This document shows, piece by piece, positions 55,921 to 64,000 of a DNA stretch of 64,000 bases (positions within the stretch are counted from its first letter, which is position 1; every line of letters begins with the position of its first letter). Origin of the DNA: an uncultured Alphaproteobacteria bacterium (lineage in GTDB: Bacteria; Pseudomonadota; Alphaproteobacteria; Rhizobiales; Hyphomicrobiaceae); NCBI GenBank assembly GCA_963812795.1, contig CAWEWG010000002.1, forward strand, positions 5,340 to 69,339, written 5' to 3'. Below the pieces are notes generated by a model, which saw nothing but the letters and a program-made list of their open reading frames with translations, had not been told where the DNA came from and made no database searches. The position numbers and the translations under genes are program-made.

Positions 55921-56943
55921 CTACTTGCCGCCGTAGCTGCCGCCGTCGCCGCGCCCACCGCCGTATCCGCCTGGGCGTCCGCCGAACCCGCCCCCGCCAC
56001 GGATGATAATATCCATGCCGCGCGCGCCGCCGGCGCCGTAATCGTCGTCGGGCTCCTCATACTTTGGCGTGCGCTTGACGGTCTTGCGCGGCGGCGGATC
56101 GTAGTTGTTGTCGTCGTTCGAAGCCTGGCGCTTTTTCTTCTTCTTCGGCGTGTCGTCGTCGGCCTTTTGCGTTTTCGGCTTCGACTTCGATGCGTTGGCG
56201 CAATCCTTCGGCTCGGCCTCGGGGAACGCGGCATCGACTACGGCTGAACGCGTCGTTGGCGGAACCGGCTCGATCTGCGGCGGCGTGTCGGCGACGAATG
56301 GGAAGGCGACGTCGAAGTCGGCGGCGTCGCGGCCGGGCATGTCCTTCCAGTTGAGCGGCTTGCTAACCGAGCCGCCGCTGTCGATTTGGATAAGCTGACC
56401 CGGGCGATCGAGCACGTGGCAGACGTTCTTCGCCGAGGTTACCTCGACGCCGCCTTCGTGCAGCAACAGCCAGGCGCTGTCGTCCGGCAGCACATACACG
56501 TCGAAGATGGTGCCGCGCACGGTGATCGCGGCATTGGGTGTCCGAATGAGATATGTCGGCTTGGAGGCGACGCCGGTGATGAAGCGGAAAGCGCCCTTGG
56601 TCAGATCGAGAATGATCGACCCTGTCTTCTTGTCGCTGTCGTAGACGAACTTATCGAGCACCATGCGTGCGCCCGGACCGAGGGCGAGCTTGGTGTCGTC
56701 GTTGAGGCGGAATTCGCCGCGGCCGTCCTGGCTGACTTCAATGACCTCATCCTGGCGCACGATGTCGCCGATGGTGAGCTCCCGCTCCTCTTTGTCGAAG
56801 TCGGCCTTGACGATGCTGACGATGGTGCGCGCGTCGCCGATCTCCGTGCCCGATTCCGCGGCAGCCGCAAGTGGCGCCAGCAGAACGACGGCGGCGGCGA
56901 TGGCGCCGGCAGTGGCACGCCAAGAGGGGAGCGGTGCGAACAA
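55921..56943 (-). CDS. Exported FecR-domain protein with Lys-rich and Gly/Arg-rich C-terminal tail
   Basis: Signal peptide. FecR-like beta region (GDIVRQDEVIEVSQDGRGEFRLNDDTKLALGPGARMVLDKFVYD). Tail: KKKKKRQ...GGGGFGGRPGGYGGGRGDGGSYGGK. Confidence 0.7.
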   Translation of the reverse strand: MFAPLPSWRATAGAIAAAVVLLAPLAAAAESGTEIGDARTIVSIVKADFDKEERELTIGDIVRQDEVIEVSQDGRGEFRLNDDTKLALGPGARMVLDKFVYDSDKKTGSIILDLTKGAFRFITGVASKPTYLIRTPNAAITVRGTIFDVYVLPDDSAWLLLHEGGVEVTSAKNVCHVLDRPGQLIQIDSGGSVSKPLNWKDMPGRDAADFDVAFPFVADTPPQIEPVPPTTRSAVVDAAFPEAEPKDCANASKSKPKTQKADDDTPKKKKKRQASNDDNNYDPPPRKTVKRTPKYEEPDDDYGAGGARGMDIIIRGGGGFGGRPGGYGGGRGDGGSYGGK

Positions 56944-57130
56944 GTCAGTCTCCCTAGCAACGGGTCAAGGGCCCTACATGGTAGCGCACCCTGCGGGTGG
57001 CTCCAAACGACGGCTTGGGACCTTCCTAAGGGTCGATGGTGACGAGCTTATGGAGTTCCTCATTAAGAAAGCCCGTCGCCGTCGGCCGGGACGCCGGCAA
57101 TGGCAACGGCCGCATTACCCGCGGCACTAG

Positions 57131-57931
57131 CTATTTTCTCACCCTCAGGCGCTCGCCCGCGCGCAGCTGGAACATTGGAACCAGCGCGGCGAGGTCCACC
57201 TGCGGCAGGGTCTCGAAGCCGGGACGGGCGAAAAGGTAGCCCTGCATCAATGAAATACCGAGACGATGCAGCACCAATGCCTCGCGCTCGCTTTCAACGC
57301 CCTCGGCGATGATGCTGATGCCCAAGAGATTACCAACGGCAGCCATGGCGCCGACGATGGCTTGCCGCGCCCGATCGGCGTCGATGTTGCGGATGAGCTG
57401 CATGTCCAGCTTGACGATGTCGGGCTGGAAATCGGCGAGCAGGTTAAGGCCCGCATAACCGGCGCCAAAATCGTCGATCGCCGTCTTGAAGCCTTCCTTG
57501 CGGTAGGTGGCGAAAATCTTCTTCAGATACTCGGTGTCGTGGACGCGCTCGTCCTCGGTCGTCTCGAAGATGATGTTTTCGATCGGAAAGCCGGTGCGGA
57601 GCGCCGCTTCAAGGGTCGTGCGCAGGCAGCGTGCCGGCTCATACACGGCGTTGGGCATGAAGTTGATGCTGAGCTTCGTCTGCATCCCCAATGTTGCCGC
57701 CAGCTCCACGGCGCGGACGCGGCAAGCCTGATCGAAGGCATACCGGTTATCGTCGTTGACGCGCGCCAAGATGCTGTCCGCGGATGCGCCGTCGGTCCCG
57801 CGGACCAAAGCTTCATAGGCGAATATGCTGCGGGCGCGGACATCCACGATCGGTTGGAAGGCCATGGAAATGTCGAAGTCGAGGTGCGAGGCCGTGCAGC
57901 CCTGGCAGCCGAGGTCTTCCGTCGAGGTCAT
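57131..57931 (-). CDS. Stand-alone EAL-domain c-di-GMP phosphodiesterase
   Basis: All catalytic motifs are present: EALVRG, N in INFMPNAV, ETTEDE, DDFGAGYAG, KLD, AEGVES, QGY. Confidence 0.85.
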   Translation of the reverse strand: MTSTEDLGCQGCTASHLDFDISMAFQPIVDVRARSIFAYEALVRGTDGASADSILARVNDDNRYAFDQACRVRAVELAATLGMQTKLSINFMPNAVYEPARCLRTTLEAALRTGFPIENIIFETTEDERVHDTEYLKKIFATYRKEGFKTAIDDFGAGYAGLNLLADFQPDIVKLDMQLIRNIDADRARQAIVGAMAAVGNLLGISIIAEGVESEREALVLHRLGISLMQGYLFARPGFETLPQVDLAALVPMFQLRAGERLRVRK

Positions 57932-58019
57932 GCGTGTCTCCGGGTTGCGCGGAGACTAGCGGCAAAATCTTACCGGCTGGTGATCTGGCGTCGGATTTTG
58001 ACCCTATGCCGCTGCAACT

Positions 58020-58580
58020 TTACTGCGCGGGACGCAACAGGGCACGGATCTCGATATCGACCGCATCGCCGACCAGAAGCGCATAGGCGGTCATATTGAA
58101 GTCGTTGCGGTTGATGCGCGTCTTGGCGCGAAACTCGCGGGCGCCGCCGGCGCCGGGCGGCTGCAGGGTGGCATGCAGGACAATAGGACGGGTGACACCT
58201 TTGACCGTGATGTCGCCGACGATCTCGGCGGTCGTCGCCGTCTTCGGGCGGACGCTGCGGCTCTTGAAGATCATCTGCGGATAGCGGGCGACGTCGAAGA
58301 AGTCGTCGCCGCGCAGCTCTCCCTGGTACATGCTGGCGCGCAGGGTGCGGGTATCGATCACCGCTTGCACCTTGGTGTTCTGCTGCGCGGCGTCGTCGAT
58401 CGAGACCGTGCCGGACATGCTGCTGAAGCGTCCGGTGCCGTTCGACAGCGTCATGCTGTAGGAAAAAAGCACTTCCGAGCGCGTTGTATCGATGACGTAG
58501 GGGACGCCTTGCGCCCGGCCCGTGCCGGCCAATGTCGCGATTGCGAGCATGGTGACGGCTAAGCGGGCGAAAATGAGCAT
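58020..58580 (-). CDS. YceI-family periplasmic protein
   Basis: Signal peptide followed by the YceI pattern: YVIDTTRSEVLFSYS...F.S.SV......I.GDITVKGVTRPI.L. Confidence 0.8.
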   Translation of the reverse strand: MLIFARLAVTMLAIATLAGTGRAQGVPYVIDTTRSEVLFSYSMTLSNGTGRFSSMSGTVSIDDAAQQNTKVQAVIDTRTLRASMYQGELRGDDFFDVARYPQMIFKSRSVRPKTATTAEIVGDITVKGVTRPIVLHATLQPPGAGGAREFRAKTRINRNDFNMTAYALLVGDAVDIEIRALLRPAQ

Positions 58581-58760
58581 GGCGATCCCCCTTTATCGTG
58601 CCAATCTAGCGCTGTAGCGGCCCTGGAGATGATGTCCTGTAGCATGGGCGTTGCCCGTGTGACACAGGGGCCGAATTAATGATGAGCGGGCTTTCCGTGG
58701 CCACGGACGTGCCTGATATTTGCGGTCAGAATCCACGATTGATTTGCTGGAGGAGCGCCT

Positions 58761-59093
58761 ATGTCGTTCGCACCGACCCCCGCCGCCGCGCTGCTGGCAT
58801 TTGTCATGCTGGCGACGCCCGCGTTGGCGTTCGATGTGCAGAACGGAGGCGGTCAGGCCGCTGGATCGGCCAACCTCGCCCCCGAGGCATCCTCGGTTCC
58901 CGGCGTCAGCATCGACCAGGATCTGCGCGCCCAGCTCGGCCTCGCTGACGACCGCAAGGACGCCGCGGCCGCCAAGTCGGGTCTGCAGTTCGGGGGCGGC
59001 GTGTTTTCAGGTGGCGCCGTAACCAACCCGACCTCGATGGGTTACGACGAGAGCCCGTGGGTGGCCCCGCGTCAGAAGCCGGGCGCCAACTAA
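58761..59093 (+). CDS. Hypothetical exported protein
   Basis: GGAGGAG RBS. Signal peptide MSFAPTPAAALLAFVMLATPALA/FD. Confidence 0.55.
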   Translation: MSFAPTPAAALLAFVMLATPALAFDVQNGGGQAAGSANLAPEASSVPGVSIDQDLRAQLGLADDRKDAAAAKSGLQFGGGVFSGGAVTNPTSMGYDESPWVAPRQKPGAN

Positions 59094-59163
59094 CTCCCGC
59101 TAAGTCCTAGCGCGCGGCCGCGACCCGGTCGTATATCGCTCCGTCCGACGACGGAGCGCGCGC

Positions 59164-60654
59164 ATGGCTGCCACCGAGGTTTGGAGCGGAGACTATCTCT
59201 GGCGGCAGCTAGAGAACGCCGTACTCAACCCGATCCGCGCCTTCCGGCTGCGCTACCTGCCGCTGCTGATGGTCTACTTCGCCTATGGTGCTCTGGGCCT
59301 CATCGCCGTCGCCGAGAGCTTCTGGGTCAAGAAGGCTCTGACGCTCAGCCCCGCGCAACTCGCCGAGCTCGCCGTCTGGACCACCCTGCCGTGGACCGTG
59401 AAGATGGTGTTCGGCGAATTGGTCGACAGCGTGCCGATCCTCGGCTCGCAGCGGCGCGCATACGTTTTCATCGGTGCGGCCTTCATTGCCGCGGGTCTGC
59501 TGCTACTCGCCGGCGCGGCGGGCGGCTGGCTCACCTTCGCTAGCCCCGAGAACCTCTATCGACTGGGCACCTTCGCGACCGTGCTCGGCGTCGTGATCCA
59601 GGACGTCGTCGCCGACGCCATGAGCACTGAGGTCGTTGACCGCGAGAATCCGGACGGCACGCCGCGCGTAAAGGATGAGGTCGACCGCGAGCTCGGCATG
59701 GTGCAGGTGCTCGGGCGCCTCGCCTTGTCGCTCGGCATGTTTCTCGTCGCCGGCCTCGCCGGCTGGATCGCCAGCATCTACACCTACGAGACGGTGTTCC
59801 TTCTCGGGCTCATCATCCCCCTCATATCCGTAAGCGGCGCCCTGTTGATCACACTGAGGCCCGTTGAGCGTAGGCGGATCGACTGGCGCATTCTCGGCGG
59901 CGGCATCGCTTACGGCGCCTTCGTGCTGGCGCTCGCCTTCGCCAACATCCCCTACAATCAGGAAATCGTGTTCGTCGTCTCGATGGCGGTGGTGTGCGCC
60001 ATGCTGTGGCGCGTCATCGGTTCGCTCGATGCGGCGACGCAGCGGACGATCTTCTATGCCGCGGTCATCATCTTCGCGTATCGCGCCATGCCGCTGGCCG
60101 GCCAGGGCTACACCTGGTTCACCATCGACGTGCTCGGGTTCGACGAAGCCTTCCAGGGCCTGCTGGCGCAGATCGGCGCCGGGCTGGCGCTGCTCGGCAT
60201 GTGGCTGTTTTCCGATGCCATCACCCGCCGTCCCGTGGCGCAGGTGCTGTTGTGGCTGACGGTGATCACGACGGTGCTGTCGCTGCCGGCGCTGGGGTTG
60301 ACGCTGGGGCTCGCCAACTGGACGGAGCAGGTGTTCGGTTTCGGCGCCCGCACCATCGCCATCATCGACACAGCGACGACGTCGCCCTTCGCGCAGCTCA
60401 GCATGATCCCGCTGCTCACGCTGATCGCCATCTATGCGCCGACCGGACATCGCGCCACGTGGTTCGCGCTAATGGCCTCGCTGATGAACCTGGCGTTGGT
60501 CGCCGGATCGCTGCAGACCAAATACCTGAACGAGGCGTTCGTGGTCGGTCGGGGCGACTATGAAAACCTTCCCTACATCGTCGGCATCTGTCTCATTGTC
60601 GGATTAGTCGTGCCGCTGGCAGCGATATTCGCCTTTGGGCGGCGATTGCAATGA
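59164..60654 (+). CDS. MFS-type transporter, BT1 (folate/biopterin transporter)-like
   Basis: 12 predicted TM helices. N-terminal region LPLLMVYFAYGALGL...LPWTVKMVFGELVDSVPILGSQRRAYV is reminiscent of the BT1 family. Subfamily is uncertain. Confidence 0.6.
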   Translation: MAATEVWSGDYLWRQLENAVLNPIRAFRLRYLPLLMVYFAYGALGLIAVAESFWVKKALTLSPAQLAELAVWTTLPWTVKMVFGELVDSVPILGSQRRAYVFIGAAFIAAGLLLLAGAAGGWLTFASPENLYRLGTFATVLGVVIQDVVADAMSTEVVDRENPDGTPRVKDEVDRELGMVQVLGRLALSLGMFLVAGLAGWIASIYTYETVFLLGLIIPLISVSGALLITLRPVERRRIDWRILGGGIAYGAFVLALAFANIPYNQEIVFVVSMAVVCAMLWRVIGSLDAATQRTIFYAAVIIFAYRAMPLAGQGYTWFTIDVLGFDEAFQGLLAQIGAGLALLGMWLFSDAITRRPVAQVLLWLTVITTVLSLPALGLTLGLANWTEQVFGFGARTIAIIDTATTSPFAQLSMIPLLTLIAIYAPTGHRATWFALMASLMNLALVAGSLQTKYLNEAFVVGRGDYENLPYIVGICLIVGLVVPLAAIFAFGRRLQ

Positions 60655-60724
60655 TGCGCGTCAATGTCCTGGTGATGTTTCGCCGCGACACTGCCGCCAT
60701 CGCGACCAATGGGAGGCAGCCGCC

Positions 60725-61177
60725 ATGAAGCCGACGACGACGTGGATCCTCATCGCCGACGGCGCGCACGCGCGACTGTTTGCCAATCACGGTCCGGGGA
60801 AAGGGATCGAGGCGCTGGAAGCCATCAACGGCGACCACCGGCCCGACCACGAGCTGGTGCGCGACGGGTTGGGTCGGACGTTCGAGTCTTCCGGGTCTGC
60901 CGGCGAGATGCGCCACGCCATCGAGCCGCGCGTCGATCCCCATCGCGAGCTGAAGCGCGACTTCGCCAAGGAGCTGGCGGAGATGCTCGACAAGCGCCTC
61001 AGCGAGAAGGCGTACGATCGCCTCGTCATCGTCGCCCCGCCGAAGGCGCTGGGCGACTTGAGGGCGGCGCTGTCGGCGCACGTCAAGCCGCTCGTCTACG
61101 CCGAGCTCGACAAGGATCTCGTCAAGACCCCCACGGCGGAGCTGCCGAACCACCTCGGCGCCGTCATGGCGATCTAA
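60725..61177 (+). CDS. Host-attachment-protein family (baeRF12-like) protein
   Basis: GGGAGG RBS. MKPTTTWILIADGAHARLF...DHELVRDGLGRTFES...R.AIEPRVDPHRELKRDFAKELAEML...YDRLVIVAPPKALGDLR. Confidence 0.7.
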   Translation: MKPTTTWILIADGAHARLFANHGPGKGIEALEAINGDHRPDHELVRDGLGRTFESSGSAGEMRHAIEPRVDPHRELKRDFAKELAEMLDKRLSEKAYDRLVIVAPPKALGDLRAALSAHVKPLVYAELDKDLVKTPTAELPNHLGAVMAI

Positions 61178-61309
61178 AGCCCGGGACTTCCGCGCAGTCG
61201 CGTTTGCCATTCCCTGCCGGGAGAGGGCTAGCCGGGCTGGTCGGTGGCCGGGGACCTGTGGCGGGGTGGCACTTGAGCGCTTGCACGTAACACCGTTAAT
61301 GCTTGTGCC

Positions 61310-61681
61310 ATGGTGTGGGGAGTTCAGCGTAGACATCGACGTATCGGCGCGGCCTTGGCGCTGCTCGGCGTCGCGTTCTATGCGCTGCTGCTGCCCGGGC
61401 ACCTCACCTCGCAGTTCAACGCGCAGCTCTACAAGGCGGAAGTCGGCATGTTCGCCGACTCCATGTGCCAATCCGGCGACGAGGGCGGCAAGCCCATGCC
61501 GGCGACGAGCTGCCCGATCTGCAAGGGCCTCGCCGCCTTCCACATGGCCATGGTCCCGCCGGAACTTGCCGCGCTCCCGGCAATGCCGCACGCGTCGGCC
61601 ATCATCGCCGCCCTGAAAGACGATGTCGCCAGGGCATCGATCCCGCCACCGCGCAGCCGCGGCCCACCTCTCCACGCCTGA
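61310..61681 (+). CDS. DUF2946-like Cys/His-motif protein preceding a TonB-dependent receptor
   Basis: One TM/signal anchor (IGAALALLGVAFYALLLPGH), then MCQSGD...SCPICKGLAAFHMA. Its position directly upstream of a TBDR is typical for this family. Confidence 0.55.
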   Translation: MVWGVQRRHRRIGAALALLGVAFYALLLPGHLTSQFNAQLYKAEVGMFADSMCQSGDEGGKPMPATSCPICKGLAAFHMAMVPPELAALPAMPHASAIIAALKDDVARASIPPPRSRGPPLHA

Positions 61682-61809
61682 GTGACAGCCGCGGGTGATC
61701 GGCCGCATTGGTCCGGCCCGCATGCCATCGCTCGCAACGGTTGCCTCGCCGCACGTATCCCGCATGACGCGGACGCGTGCAGGAAAGCGTTGTCGTGGAG
61801 TTTGCGTAC

Positions 61810-64000
61810 ATGTTCCCGAGTTTCTGGAGGCCGCTCGCCTGGGCGACGGCCGTAGGCCTGATGGCATCATCAGGCGCGTTTGCCCAATCGAAGAATGAGA
61901 CGCTGCCGCTGCCGCCGGTGGTCGTCGAGCAGAGCGCCGTCGTGCCGGCGCCTGCCAAGCCCGCGAAGAAGACTGCGAAGGCGAAGCAGTCAGCGCCGTC
62001 CACACCAGTCGCGGCTGCGCCGCCGCCGGACGCTGCAAGTGGCGGTCAACCGCTTGTCGGGACGCGCTCCGGTAGCCTCAGCGTGCCCAACACCGCCGAA
62101 GCACGCGTCGAGATCGACCGCACGCCGGGCGGCGTCGAACTCGTACCCGATACCGCCTATAAGCCGTCGACGCCCGCTGCCACCTTGAAGGATGCGCTCG
62201 ACTACGTGCCGGGCGTCTTCGTGCAGCCTAAGTGGGGCGATGACTCGCGGCTGTCGATCCGCGGCTCGGGCCTGTCGCGCAATTTCCACGGCCGCGGCGT
62301 GCAGCTCATGATGGACGGCATCATCCCCATCTCGACCGCCGACGGGGCGAGCGACTTCCAGGAGATCGATCCGACCGCCTACCGCTACATCGAGGTCTAC
62401 AAGGGCGCCAATGCGCTCCGCTTCGGCGCCAACTCGCTCGGCGGCGCCATCAACTTCGTGATGCCGACGGGCTACGATGCCGATCTCTTCGGTGCGCGTG
62501 TCGACATCGGCAGCTTCGGCTTCCACAAGCTGGCGGCGAGCTCGGGCGGCGTCGCCGGCCCCGCCGACTACTTCATCACCGGCACTTGGCAGGAGCAGGA
62601 CGGCTTTCGTGACCACTCGGATGGCGAAAGCGTCCGCGGCGCGATGAACCTCGGTTACCGGCTAACGCCCGACATGGAGACGCGCTTCTACATCAATGCC
62701 AATTACGTCCGCCAGCGCATACCCGGAGCGGTGACCAAGCAGGAAGCGCTGTCGAACCCGGCAGGTGCATTCGCGCGGACGGGGCTGGGCGGCACCGGCT
62801 TTGGCAACGACAACGTCGATCGCGATTATCAGCGCAATCTCGACACGGTGCGCGTCGCTAACCGTACGACAATCAGGGTGGCGCCGGGTACGGTTGTCGA
62901 GGTCGGCGGCTTCTACCTCGACCGCCATCTCGACCATCCGATCTTCAACGTCATCGACAATCAGCACGACGAGAAGGGCGGATTTGCCCGTGTCGTCGAC
63001 GACGGCTCTGATCGGCGGCTTCCGCAACCGCTTCGTCGCCGGCGTCAGCCGCCATGACGGTGACGTGCGCGCGCGCCAGTACCAGAACGTGCTCGGGCAG
63101 CGTGGACCGCTTGCCGCGGACGCGATGCAAATGTCGGAGAACACCGTCGTCATATGCGGAGAACTCGTTCTTCGCGCTACGCGACGTGGCACTGGTAACG
63201 GGAGTCCAGTACGTGCGGGTAGCGCGCGAGGTGCAGGACGACTTTCTCTCCAACGGCAATCAATCGGGGGCGGCGGACTTCGAGTTCTGGAGCCCGAAGG
63301 GCGGCGTGGTGTGGGACGTCACCAGCAGCGCCCAGGTGTTCGCCAACATTTCGCGCAGCGGTGAAGCGCCGACATTCAGCGAGATCACACTCAACCCGGC
63401 GGCGACCATCAGCCTTGCGGTGCAGAGGGCGACGACCTACGAGATCGGCACGCGCGGCGCCGTGGACGGGTTTACCTGGGACCTCGCGCTCTATCGCGCC
63501 GACCTCGAGAACGAATTCCAGTGCCTCGCCATCGGCGCCACCGGTTCGTGCACGCAGGTGAACCTCAACGACACCATACATCAGGGTGTCGAGGTGGGGG
63601 GCAGCGCGCGGCTGTGGGAGGGCCTATGGGAGACGCATACGCGCAAGGATGCGATCTGGTTTAACGCCGCGTACACCTTCAGCGACTTCCGTTTCGACAA
63701 TGACCCGGTGTTCGGCGACAACGAGTTGCCCGGCGCGCCGCGGCACTTCCTGAGGGCCGAGCTTCTCTATAAGCATCCCTCCGGCGTTTATCTCGGGCCG
63801 AACGTGGAATGGGTGCCGCAGGCCTACTACGTCGACAGCGCCAACACGCTCGCTACTGAAGCCTACGCGCTATGGGGCGCCAAGCTCGGTTTCGACGATG
63901 GCGGCCCGATCACGGCTTACATTGAAGGTCGCAACCTGTCGGATGAGGCCTATATCAGCAGCGCCAGCATCGCCACCAAGGCCGACGCGGCGAGCACGCT
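61810..64000 (+). pseudogene. TonB-dependent outer-membrane receptor, at least two frameshifts, 3' end outside the window
   Basis: The ATG at 61810 (GGAG upstream) gives the signal peptide MFPSFWRPLAWATAVGLMASSGAFA. Plug domain (LKDALDYVPGVFVQ...SIRGSG...). The barrel continues in a second frame from ~62990 (TALIGGFRNRFVAGVSRHDG...). It continues in a third frame from ~63156 (AENSFFALRDVALVTGVQY...YEIGTRG...GAPRHFLRAELLYKHP...AYIEGRNLSDEAY). Confidence 0.8.

Noticed and set aside
59138-59157. 8-bp hairpin (GCTCCGTC-CGAC-GACGGAGC) just upstream of the BT1-like transporter start
   Set aside because: It could be a weak terminator of the preceding small gene or a leader structure. It has no U-tract and no recognisable riboswitch features, so the evidence is too weak to call.

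Overview
GC-rich chromosomal segment that looks alphaproteobacterial, probably Hyphomicrobiales. This placement is inferred from gene content: the aminotransferase-hom-glpX-recJ block, type II glutamine synthetase with a small divergent upstream ORF, PqqA, class I PHA synthase, MntR with an MnoP-like porin, and many small exported proteins. The window is densely coding on both strands and mostly housekeeping or core-accessory metabolism. I saw no CRISPR array, rRNA, integrase or transposase. There is one tRNA, tRNA-Glu(UUC). All family calls come from motif recognition by eye; no searches were run, and start codons are often uncertain. In this GC-rich DNA many long alternative-frame and antisense ORFs in the track are artefacts. 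Points worth a second look: (1) a 941-codon ORF joins a PBP1C-type GT51 glycosyltransferase module in frame to a complete YcbB/LdtD-type L,D-transpeptidase, with a signal-peptide-like segment left at the junction. (2) An orphan 29-codon pqqA, absent from the ORF track, has its own RBS and terminator. (3) Two tandem ~76-nt hairpin elements with compensatory arm changes abut the rimK ribosome-binding site. (4) Apparent 1-nt frameshifts recur in a CHRD gene, a ParB-like nuclease gene (two sites), possibly a CAP gene, a FAD/Rieske oxidoreductase, glpX and a TonB-dependent receptor (two sites), and tRNA-Glu has an 8-nt T-loop. This pattern means either local gene decay or assembly indel errors, and that must be settled before any pseudogene claim. 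(5) There is an mntR/mnoP-like divergon with a palindromic operator candidate, and a glsA / gstI-like / glnII nitrogen cluster. I did not find a clear novel multi-gene system such as a defence island.
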